Origin: Azolla caroliniana
Taxonomy: Eukaryota; Plantae; Polypodiophyta
Reading direction: 5' to 3'
Length of the DNA stretch: 64,000 nt
NCBI GenBank assembly: GCA_043228905.1
Contig: JBHGNT010000011.1
Span: forward strand, 11,904,001 to 11,968,000
Shown here piece after piece: positions 38,001 to 49,200 of the stretch. How positions within the stretch are numbered: the stretch's first letter is position 1; each line of letters opens with the position of its first letter. Below the pieces are notes generated by a model. That model saw only the letters and a list, made by a program, of their open reading frames with translations. It was not told where the DNA came from and made no database searches. The position numbers and the translations under genes were made by a program.

Positions 38001-40237
38001 AAGAATGCATTCCTACAAGGTGATCTTGAGGAACGGGTGCACATGGTACAACCCCCCGGATTTCTATCCGAACAGAACACCTCGGCAGTTTGCCGATTGA
38101 AGAAGGTGTTATACGGACTTAAGCAAGCCCGCGAGCTTGGAACGTGAAGATTACGCAACGGTTGCGTAGAATGGGGTTTACGACGTCCAAGTCAGACTCT
38201 CGATTATTTGTTCGGCAAGGTAAACATGGACTGGTTAGCCTTTTACTTTATGTTGATGAGTTAGTCATTGCCGGTGTTGACCTAGAAGAAATCGGCCGCG
38301 TCAAGTCTCAGCTTGCGGCATCATTCGAAATGATATCTTGGAGACCTTCATTACTTCCTTGGGATTGAAGTGATCCGTTCCCCCAAAGGCATAATGATTA
38401 GCCAACGTCGTTACACGCTGAATATGCTCTTCAAGTTCGGGATGGCAAATTGTAAGCCCATCTCGACCCCTCTAGATAGAAACGTAAAGCTTTGCTGAGA
38501 TTTGGGAAAGGCGTGCGACCCGACACAATTTCGACAGAATGTTGGAAGCCTCATTTACATGACGATCACTTGGCCCGACCTCAACTATTCGGTTAGAGTG
38601 ATCAGTCAATTTATGTCGCAGCTCACGACCGAACACCTTCAGTGCGTGCAAAGAATATTACGATATGTCAGCGGCATGAAAGACATGGCGTTGTTTTATC
38701 GTGCAGGTGTAGCCGAATAGTTAGTCGGCTACACGGATGCCGATTGGGCCGGAAATGAAGAGAATAGCGCGGAATATTTCTTGGTCACAACCGAGTCTTG
38801 AATCACTTGGATGGAAATCAAACATAGAAATGGGAAGTAGGGAGTGAGCGCACTTACACACAGAAGGAATGATAGAGGATACACATGATGTTTACGTGGA
38901 AAACCTTAATAGGGAAAAACCACGGGAGCCCACAAACTCCAAATTATCACTATAGAGGAAAGGTACAAACAGAGACTCAGAGGCAACAATCTCGGGCTCT
39001 GTATCTTCGCCAACCGGCGGTTACAACAGAGTATTGCTTTGTATCTCTCTCTCTCTCTTTATACAACAGTTATATCAACAACAATATGGAAACAACAACT
39101 ATAAAGTGTTTGCCCTAAGTCATATTTATACTTATATGAACTTAGGGCTATTTACAAATATAGCCTCAATAGGCTTACTCAAAACATATTTACAAATCTG
39201 TCTTCTCTTCCGGTTCTCACCGGGTCCTCTTCATTCATAACCGGATCCCATTTGGAGGGACAGATTTCCCAACAGTATCATGCAAGCGTAGTCGAACAAT
39301 TAGTTGGCTACATAGATACCGATTGGACCGGAAATGCCCACGATCATAGATCCACGTCCGGATACGCATTCTCATTGGGAAGTGCGACAATCGCATGGAG
39401 TAGTAAGAAGCAGTCGACAATAGCATTGTTGAGCACAGAGGCCGAATATCGAGGGGCGACTGTCGCTACGTGCGAAGTCATCTGGCTAAAACGGCTATTA
39501 CGGGATCTACATGTGGAGGTGTCCAATCCAACGATGATCTATTGCGACAACCTCAGCAACATCCACCTTGCGAAGAACCCTGTGTTCCATGCCCGGACCA
39601 AGCACATTGAGGTGCATTATCATTTCATCTGCGAGCATGTCCTTTCTGGTGATGTTGAACTGGCATATGTTCCTACGGGTCGGTAGATTGTTGACATCTT
39701 CACCAAGCCCCTTGGTCTCGACAAGTTACGTCATTTCTCGGGTGAGCTGGGTTTGCTTCACCTCGACACGCTGAACTTGAGGGGAAGACAGGAACGAGAG
39801 TGTGAAAGGAGCGGTAGTGACCGTTATGTCGAAACGGATGAAGAATTCAATTTCGGGTCGGCTGAAGAAGCCGAAGAAGAAGGAAACAGGGGCTGTAATT
39901 GTAAGGAAGAGTCGAAGACAGCCGAAAAAAGGGGAAATACAACCAATTGGGTGTAAAGGCCAAGACCAGGACATGGTCTGATGTTGTCAAGGGCCTAAAG
40001 ATAGAAGACGAATTGGAAACAACCAATTCGGGCGAAAGTGGAATTGAATCGGAAGTGTCTGATTTAATCGAAATGCTCGATTCAGACATTATGAATCGAC
40101 TAAGGGCCAAGCGGAGGAAAGGGCAGCGAAAGAGGTGCCAACACCGCAACAACAAGGGAGCTGAAAAGGGTCGCATGAGCAAACAAGCCGACCGGAAGGG
40201 TCAAAGCGTGCGGAATCGAACGGGTCGAGGAGCGTGA
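35083..40237 (+). pseudogene. Degenerate Gag-Pol of C plus C-terminal extension
   Basis: Fragments DLIHSDVWGP, RSDGGKEY, KLDAKAEKC, LYVDE, HARTKHIEVHYHF; many stops, frameshifts and deletions. Confidence 0.9.
38756..39274 (-). mobile_element. Solo LTR related to the A/B LTR family, without TSD
   Basis: TG..CA; shares cacaaccgagt, acgtggaaaacc, gggaaaaaccacgggag, gtttgccctaagtcatatttatact and cccaaca with the LTR of A. Confidence 0.85.
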
Positions 40238-40321
40238 GCGAGGCGTGAAGCCAGGAGGAGCCGGAGTGAAGATTCGGTGGAGCATGCGGAATCTCAAGTT
40301 GAGCTTGAGCTTGAGGGGGAG

Positions 40322-40742
40322 TGTTGAGAGACAAGCTCAACATTGGGTGCGTAAATGGGTGCGTAACCCAGTACGTAGACTAGGTGCGTAAAACCGTACG
40401 CAAAATATGGCTGTGACAGTGTTTAAACCGAAAGGCCGTTAGAACGATATTCCTCGTAAGGAATAGTTTTGGGAGTTAGTGTAGGAGGCTCATTTATGAG
40501 CGGTCAAGTATTGTCAGTACTTGTGTCAGCCCAATAGTCGGGGCTTGTATAAAAGGTGCTCATTGAGCACGAAATATGTAACAGAGAACATACAGAGAAT
40601 TATTTTGAATATAGTTTTGTATTTTCTGCTCTGTCTATCCCTCTCTTTCTCTGTGATTTGTGTGTTTCACCAAACTATCCTACTTCCGAACTGTGTACTC
40701 TGTGTTATTATGCATATGCTTCTGCACACGTATTCTTTTACA
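40322..40742 (+). repeat. 3' LTR of C (421 bp)
   Basis: About 4-5% substitutions plus indels versus the split 5' LTR. Confidence 0.93.
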
Positions 40743-40747
40743 CTTCT

Positions 40748-41140
40748 CAATGAAATATTGGAGAATAAATATTCATGCTTATGTATGAACATATGTCTTG
40801 TAATAGTGAAAATATGTGAGCCATCCATCGTATGCGTAGATAAGTCTTGTATTGTAGGTCACTCAAGCACTTAGAGTTTGCTTTCGACACAACTCATGTA
40901 GTCCCCATCAAAGAGATTACATAATAAAATGCAAAGCTTTCTTGGTCCATGGTAGCAACTGAAAAAAATATAATATCATGGTTGCTATTATACATTGGAT
41001 AAAAATAGTACATGAAATGACCATGATTGTGACTTCCAATACATGACTTATCCTCGGGTTGCTAGTCATCGATTCAATTAGTTAGGAATTCATCCCCAAT
41101 AGATACCCTAAATGTAAAAAATAGAACCCATTATAATATT
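40748..41140 (-). pseudogene. Second LINE relic: upstream part (continues 27995-29005)
   Basis: HLGYLLG..MYWKSQSWSF..ATMILYFFQLLPWTKKAL is homologous to HLGYPIG..MYWKSQAWPF..LLPWTKKSL of the first LINE. Confidence 0.8.
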
Positions 41141-43428
41141 TATTGAGTGAACAAACTCTCTGAGCACATTCTATGTACTGAGCATTATTTTTGTAATAGA
41201 GGTTTTGTGTCTGCTCACTTAGTTTCTCTCTCTCTCTCTCTCTACTACTCTGTGTTTACCTAATTGTCTATTTTCTGTTGTCCGACCGAGCCAACTATGT
41301 TCACACATAACGCTTCCGCACACGTAATCCTTTTACATGGTATCAGAACATAAGGGTTGAAGATCCTCTGCACTTGACATGCGAACAAAACACTGAGACA
41401 TGCTTTCGTCCTCCAGACAAGTTCAGACAGGAACATGGACAGAAGTATGGGCAGCTCGTTTCCAACGGAGAAGCTTGACAGAAGAAACTACGCATCTTGG
41501 TTGTACAAGATGCACCAGTACTTGCTCGGACACGAGTACTGGACCTATGTCGAAGGAGCAAATGAAGTACCACCGGAGCCGTCACACAAAGACTTCAAAG
41601 CTTGGGAACAAGTAGCAAGCCGAGTCTTGTACTACTTGGCCTCATGTGTTCAGGACCAGATACTCAGGTACATAACAGATGCGAAGTTTCCGAAGGATGC
41701 TTGGGGGAACTTGAAGAGGGTCTTTGCCGCCAGCACCATAGTCCATAAGTTGCAACTTAAGCGGGAGCTCAACAACGTCCAACAAGGAAGTATGTTGGTA
41801 ACTGACAACACCACACGGTGCAAAGATCAAGGAGATCTGTGATGCACTTGGGTCCATCAATGTTACTATGGACGAAGATGAGATTGTGTAGATCTGCCTT
41901 GGTTTTCTAGTGTAGAAATACGGGCCAACTATCCGCACGAGGGAGAAACCACTGCCATTTTTCGACTTGCATTCAATGATCCTGGTAGAGGAGAACCACA
42001 TGGGTGTGTTGACGAGCATGCACACCGACAACAAGATGGTATACACGAAGGCAGAGAGGCCCCATGGTTGTGGTGGATGCGGTGGATCGACACACAACAG
42101 AGACAACTGACAGGAGCAAAACTAGAGGCACAAAGGAAGTGCCGACAATAGTGGACCCTCCCAAGAGTAGGGGGGAGTCAGGGTGGTGCCGGGAGCCGAC
42201 AAGGAGAAGAAACTAATTGTTGGTATTGTGGTTGAAAGGGCCATAAGGAGTGTGAGTGCTGGAAGAAACAAGTTGATTCTGACAAAGCCGGATCAAGCAG
42301 AGCTAAGTCCGAAAGGCAACAAAGATCACACTATGCTGAAGGTTTAGGAGGAGCCGGAATGGGCCCTACCTTCGTCATGAAGCACAAAGCTGATTCGATT
42401 CGATGAATACCTCAAAGACGAATGAGGTGTGGTATGTGGATTCCGGAGCTTTGAACCACATGACAAACCACAAGGAGTGGTTCTCGATTCTGGAGAAGTC
42501 GAAATAGCCGGGGTTCGTCGAAACCGAGGACGACACCCCCATCCCATCAAACACATTGTAGACGTCCTTCTGAGCCATGTTGGCCAGAAAGGGATAATGA
42601 GGAACTTCCTGCATGTCTCGACGATCACCAAGAACCTGGTGTCGGTCAGACAGATAGTCGACCAAGGAATGTAGGTTCGGTTCACTCATCGAGGGTGCTT
42701 CATTGAAGAGGAAGGCAAAATCATCACGCAAGGGCACCAAGAAGGGAGTATATTTATCCTTGAGACGAACCACATCGGCACCGTTATGTTTGCCAAAGGG
42801 CAAAAGGTCGAGTCGGACATCGACTTGTGGCACAAGTGGTTCGGCCACGTCAACTTCCCAAAGCTTCAGGAAATGCAACCGAAACAAATAGTGTTTGGTT
42901 TGCTGAAGTTAGTGGCCAAAAGGGACAATTATGTGAATCTAGTCAACTCGGAAAGCATCACCGGCTTCAATTCCCCAATGAGCACAATTGGAGCTGGAAT
43001 AAGCTCGATTTGATCCATTCAGATGTGCCGGCATAGAACGTGAGCATAGGTAGCAATCGTTACTTTGTAACCTTCATCAATGACTACACTCGGCATACCT
43101 GGGCATGGCTGATTGAGAAGAAGAGCGAAGTCTTCTCTTGTTTCTTGAAGGGGAAGAGCCTTGCCGAACGAGAGACAGGCCGAAAGATAAAATGCATAAG
43201 GTCCAACGGTAGAAAAGAGTATTTTTTCGATAAGTTCTCAAGCTATTTTTAGGAGGGAATTCGGTGTGAACTCTCTTGCAAGTATACGCCGGAGCAAAAT
43301 GACATAGCTGAAAGGAAGAGTTGGACGATCGAAGAAGTGGCAATGGCAATGCTCGAGGAGAAGAGCATGCCCAAGTTCTATTGGGTCGAGCGTTCAGAAC
43401 AACCGTGTACCTTTAGAATTAGACATCT
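41141..43428 (+). mobile_element. Truncated decayed copia E1 (short LTR remnant, PBS, gag-PR-partial integrase)
   Basis: LTR-like 41141-41337 ending ..ttttaca; TGGTATCAGA 41338; gag EKLDRRNYASW; ends in the integrase at TTVYL. Confidence 0.85.
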
Positions 43429-46286
43429 ATAGACAGAGGTATGGCGAGTTCACTTCCTACAGAGAAGCTCGACTGGAGCAACTACACGTCCTGGTCATAC
43501 AAAATGCACCAGTACCTACTAGGGCATGGGTATTGGAGTTTCGTGGAAAGAACGAATGAGGTAGCACCAACGCTTGCACACAAGGACTTCCCGGTATGGG
43601 AGCAAGGAGCGAGCCGAGTATTATACTGCCTCGCGTCCTATGTGCACGACTAGATGCTCGGCTACATCAGGGATGCAAAGACACTGAAAGAGGCCTGGGA
43701 AAATCTGCGTAAGATTTTCGCCGCAAGTTGCAGCTCCGGCAAGAGCTGAACAACATCCGACAAAGAGATATGTCAGTTACGGACTACAACACCAAAATAA
43801 AGGAGATTTGCGACGTGCTCGGGTCCATCAATGTGACGGTGGACGAAGACGAAATGGTACAAATCTTCCTTGGTGATCTAGCGCAAAGGTACGGGCCAAT
43901 CCGGACAACGATCTGCACCCGGGAGAAACCACCGACCTTCTTCGACTTGCAATCGATGCTGATGGTCGAAGAAAACCACGAGAGTGGGTCCAGGACCACT
44001 CAATCGGACAGCCGGATGCTGTACACGGAGGTAGATAGGCCCCGTGGGCGTGGGGGATGAGGTGGGTCGGCACACACTGGAGTTGGCCGGCAAGACCAAG
44101 AAAGAAGGCACATAGAACATGCCGACAACAGTTCCGGAACTTCCACAAGCAGGGGGAGTCAAGGCGGTGCCGGAGGCTGGCAAGACAAATCCGCCACGGA
44201 ATGCTGGTACTGTGGAAAAAAGGGCCATAGAGAAAGTGAGTGTTGGAAGAAGCGCGCCGATTCGGACAGATTTGGATCCGGCAAAACCGGTCGGGAGAAC
44301 CGACAAAGCTTGCACTACGCGTAAGAATCGAAAGGATCCGGAACCGGCAAGACCGGTAAGGGGCCAACCTTGGTGATGAAGCACGAGGCAAATTCGATGA
44401 AGAACACCACTTCCAAATCGGAGGAAGTATGGTATGTTGATTCCGATGCGTCGAATCACATGATGAGCCACAAAGAGTGGTTCTCTTTCCTGGAGAAACC
44501 GGAACAACCAGGAGTTGTCGAAACCGGAGATGACACTCCTCACCCAATCGTGCATGTCGGAGAAGTCCCTTTGAGCGACATTGGACAGAGGGGGAAGCTG
44601 ATGAACATATTACACGTTTCAACTATCACGAAGAACCTGGTGTCAGTCGGTCAGATCGTTGACTAGGGTATGCAGGTGCGGTTTACGCACCTCGAGTGCT
44701 TCAACGATGAAGAGGGCCAGATTATTGCCGAAGGGCGTAGAGACAGGAGGATGTTCATCCTCGACACCAATGACGTCGGCACCGCGTTGTTCGCCAAAGG
44801 ACAGAAGATTGAATCGGACATCGATCTCTGGCACAAGAGGATCGGCCACATCAATTACCGGAGGCTTCAAGACTTGCAAACGAAACAAGTTGTTTTCGGT
44901 TTGCCGAAGTTCAGTGGCCGAAAGGCCCAAATATATGAAGCTTACCAACTCGGGAAGCAATACCGGTTTCCATTCCCCACCGAATGAAACCGTCGCCATA
45001 ACAAGCTCGACCTTATTCATTCGAATGTATGGGGACTGGCACAAAACGTGAGTCTTGGCGGGAGTCGATACTTCGCCTCCTTCATCGATGACTATAGTCG
45101 GCACACATGGATCTACCTCATTGAGCGGAAGAGCGAAGTCTTCGACGGTTTCTGGAACCTCCAAAGCATGGTGGAATGGGAATCGGAGAGGAAGATCAAG
45201 TGATTGCAGTCGGATGGCGGAAAAGAATATTTTTCTGGTCAATTCAACAATTATCTACAACAAACAGGAATTCGGAGAGAGTTCAGCTGCAGATATACAT
45301 CGGAGCAAAACGATGTGGCCGAAAGGAAAATCGGTTGCTTGTCGATGTGGCAAGGGCAATGCTGGAAGAGAAGAGCATGCCCCATTTCTAATGGGCGAAG
45401 GCGGTCCGGACGACCGTCTACATCCAAAACCGGATCGGTGACAAGGTGTCCGCGCATGAGCTGTATTTTGGGCACAAGAAGAATTTGAGAAACCTTCGGA
45501 TTTTCGGCAGCATAACATACGTGCATGTGCCGGATGAGAAACGGAGGAAGCTAGATGCAAAATCGGAGAAGTGCATCCTCATCGGCTACTCACATGAGCA
45601 AAAGGGGTATAGGTGTTATAAGCCCCGGACGAAGCGATGTCGAGTTCGATGGAACGACATCATGGTAATCCTTACCAACTCCGACTTCCGACCCCGACCC
45701 GATGCTGGAGGATGAGGTTAGTGAGCCTGAACCGGCCCAAGTAGAAGATGATGAACCTGGGACTCAAGAAGAGAGTCCTGAATCGTTTCGGTTGATTGGG
45801 CCGAACGAGAGACTGGGTCAATTCGACCTGTCAGATGAGGAACCGGCAAGTAGTGAAGACTTTGTCGTGCTCTCCCCCCGCAAGAAACCGAGGAGACGGT
45901 TCACGTGCAAAGAGAAGGGGAAGAAGAAGATGTCGGATTATGAAACCGGTAATGATGAGTCGGATCGGAGCGGATCTGACTCCGGAAAGGAAAATGACGG
46001 TTCTTCAGCAACGAAGACCGAACCAGCCAAGCAGGGCCTCAAACCAAGTAATACCAAGTTATGCTGGTCTTCCCGCCAGAAGAACCCCGTGACGCGGTAA
46101 CGGGTATAATGAGTACATGGTGCATCACTATGCGTACATGACCAAGGTGGTGGAAATGTGTGAGCCGAAGAGCCACGAAGAAGCGACAAAGGACGCAAAT
46201 TGGCGTGCCGCTATGGAGGAAGAAATGTGGGCACTTGATGCCAACGAGACATGGGACCTAGTTGACCCTCCCCGGCACTGTAAACC

Positions 46287-49200
46287 TGTTGGGATTTCGG
46301 TCCCTTCAGATGGGATGGTCGGATGTCGGAGGCTAAAGTCGACAAGCCCGGTTTCGGATTCGGAACCGGATGATGAAGACCCCGACTTCGGAGTCGGATG
46401 ACGAATGTGCCCGAAGAAGAGATCCGGATGCAGGGACATATCCGTGAATATGTCTGCTAAGGGGCCCTCTGAGGCTATAGTTGTAATTAGCCCTAAAGTC
46501 ATATATGTATAAATATGACTTAGGGCAAACAGTTTTGTTGTTGCTTCTCATTTTTCTGTTTTTCCACTTAAGAGGAGTGAAGAGAGAGAGCAGCCGTGAG
46601 AGAGAGAGAGATAGAGCGCGAGAGAGGAAGAGGACGACGCCTCTGTGTATTTCCGCCGCCTGTGGCGAGGACAGCGAGCTCAAGGTCGTCGCCTTGGAGC
46701 TCGCCACTGTATACTTCCCTTGTATAGTGTTGTTTGGAGTCTTGTACTCCCGTGGTTTTTCCCATCTAGGGTTTTCCACGTTAAAGCCCTGTGTACTCGT
46801 GCTTTGTTTCTTTCTCCGTGTGGTTCCTATTTTCTGCTCCATTGATCAGCGATTACTCGGTTGTGGCCGAGTGGAAGAAGGTGAATAGAAGCGTCTATTC
46901 CTTACAAACTGGTATCAGAGCGACTGTTGCAGAAAATGGAAGGCGGCGGCAGTGGGCAGCCGATGATGATGGTGCTGAATGCACAGAATTACGCCGACTG
47001 GAAGATCAAGATGGAGGATCTTCTGATTGTTCGGGACCTGTACGAACCGATTGACAGGTCGGAAATACCGAAAGGGGTACTTGAGTCGGAGTGGAAGCTC
47101 CTGAACCGGAAAGCCGTAGCGACGATCCGACAATATGTCGATGTAAGCGTCCTACAACATGTGGCGAATGACACCAACGCATATGAGATGTGGAAGAAGC
47201 TGTCGGGCCTCTACGAGAGGAAGAATGCGTTGAACCGGACCTCCCTGATGAGGAAGATAGTGAACCTCAAGTACCGGGACGGCGAGAGTATGGTCGAACA
47301 CGTAAGCACGTTCATGGGATTTGTGAATCAGCTTGCGGCGATCAAGTTCCCGTTGGAGGATGCAATGCAAGCCATCATCCTGATGTGTACATTGCCAGAA
47401 AGCTGGGAGAACTTGGTGGTGACTCTCAGCACCTCCTGCACCGAAGATAACCTGTCCTTACAAACGGTAAAGACAAGTATTTTGAATGAAGAAGCGCGTC
47501 GGAGAGATAAGGAACCGACCTCCGACCCGAAGATGTTGTTTACCGAATCGGATCGGGGAAGACAATGGAACCGGAGTCCGCAAAGACGGGAGAAGTCGGG
47601 GACCCGGTCGCAGTCAAGAGGAAGACCCACATGCTTCCACTGTGGGAAGCCGGGGCACTTCCGAAAGAATTGTCGGCATTACCGAAAAGACAACGGAGCC
47701 GACGACACCGATTCGAAGAAGTCACCAGAGAGAAACGGTGCATACCGGGGAGCCACGGACCGGAGAGGTTCGGATCGGCGAGGGCAGGACCGGAAAGGAA
47801 CAACGGCACTCGCGGCAAGTGAGGAAGAAATCATGCTCATCACCGAAGAAGGAGAGCTAAACATTGCCGGCGATGAGACGACCTGGGTGGTCGACTCCGG
47901 AGCGTCGTTCCACCTGACCCCGGAGAGAAGATACTTTTCATCCTACACAGCCGGTGAGCATGGCTGTGTTCGGATGGGAAATGAAGGTACGTGCCGGATT
48001 GCCGGCATCGGAGACGTGTGGTTGACAACCCCGACCGGATGCAAAATGCTGCTGAAGGATGTACGACACGTTCCGGAGGTTCGATTGAACCTGATTTCGG
48101 CCGGAAGGCTAGACGATGAAGGCTACACGGGTAGCATCCGGAACGGCGTAATGAAGTTCAGCAAGGGGAGCCTGATAGTGGCTCGGGCCCGGAAGGTCAA
48201 CACACTATACCTGATTAATGCCCGGTTATGTCCGGAAGAGCTGAATGTGGCAGCCGACACTGCCGGCGAGTTGTGGCACAAGAGACTGTGCCACATGAGC
48301 GAGAAGGGGATGAAGAGGCTTGCAGAAGACAACCTCATTCCAGTGAAGCATGTGCACCTGGAGAAGTGCACCGATTGCCTGGCCGGTAAGCAGAACCGAA
48401 CCTCCTTCCACTCAAGGCCACCGACGAGACGTAGCGCACCATTGGAGTTGGTGCACACCGACGTGTGTCAGGTAGAAACGAAGTCACATGGCGGAGCCCT
48501 GTACTTCGTAACATTCATAGATGACCACAGCCGAAGACTGTGGACAGCACCTTTGAAGACAAAGGACCAAGTATTGTCCGTCTTCAAAGAACTCCACGCG
48601 AGGTTGGAAAGGGAATCCGGCAAGAAGCTGAAAGCGATACGAGTGGATAACGGAGGGGAATACCGAGGGCAGTTCCAGGAGTACTGTCGCTCGAAGGGAA
48701 TCCGACTCGAGTTTACTGTGCCGAAGACGCCGGAACTGAACGGGCTGGCCGAGAGGATGAACCGGACCGTAATGGAGAGGGTCCGGAGTATGCTGGCGCA
48801 TGCGAAACTACCCAAGGGGTTTTGGGCTGAGGCAATGTCGACGGCGACATATGTGATAAACCGATCACCCTCAGTACCTTTGGACGGAGACACGCCGCAG
48901 AGAGTGTGGACCGGTAGGGAAGTATCCTACCGGCATCTGAAGGTGTTCGGGTGTCTCGCATACGTGCATGTGGCAAAGGACCGGAGAGGAAAGCTAGATC
49001 CAAAGACCCGGCCATGCATATTCCTCGGTTACGGCGACGACGAGTTCGGCTACCGAGTATGGGACCCGGTCGACAAGAAGATATTCAGGAGTCGAGATAT
49101 CATCTTCATGGAGGACAAGACACTCGCCGACTGGGAATCGGAGAAGAAGATGAAGAGCTCCAAGTCGACCGGTGAGGATCAACTCTACGAGGAGCAGTTC

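Larger units (their letters stand above)
29006..40742 (+). mobile_element. Decayed Ty1/copia element C (hosts D and a solo LTR)
   Basis: 5' LTR 29006-29371 plus 34945-34991; 3' LTR 40322-40742; TSD CTTCT (29001-29005 / 40743-40747); PBS TGGTATCAGAG 34992; PPT 40311-40321. Confidence 0.93.
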
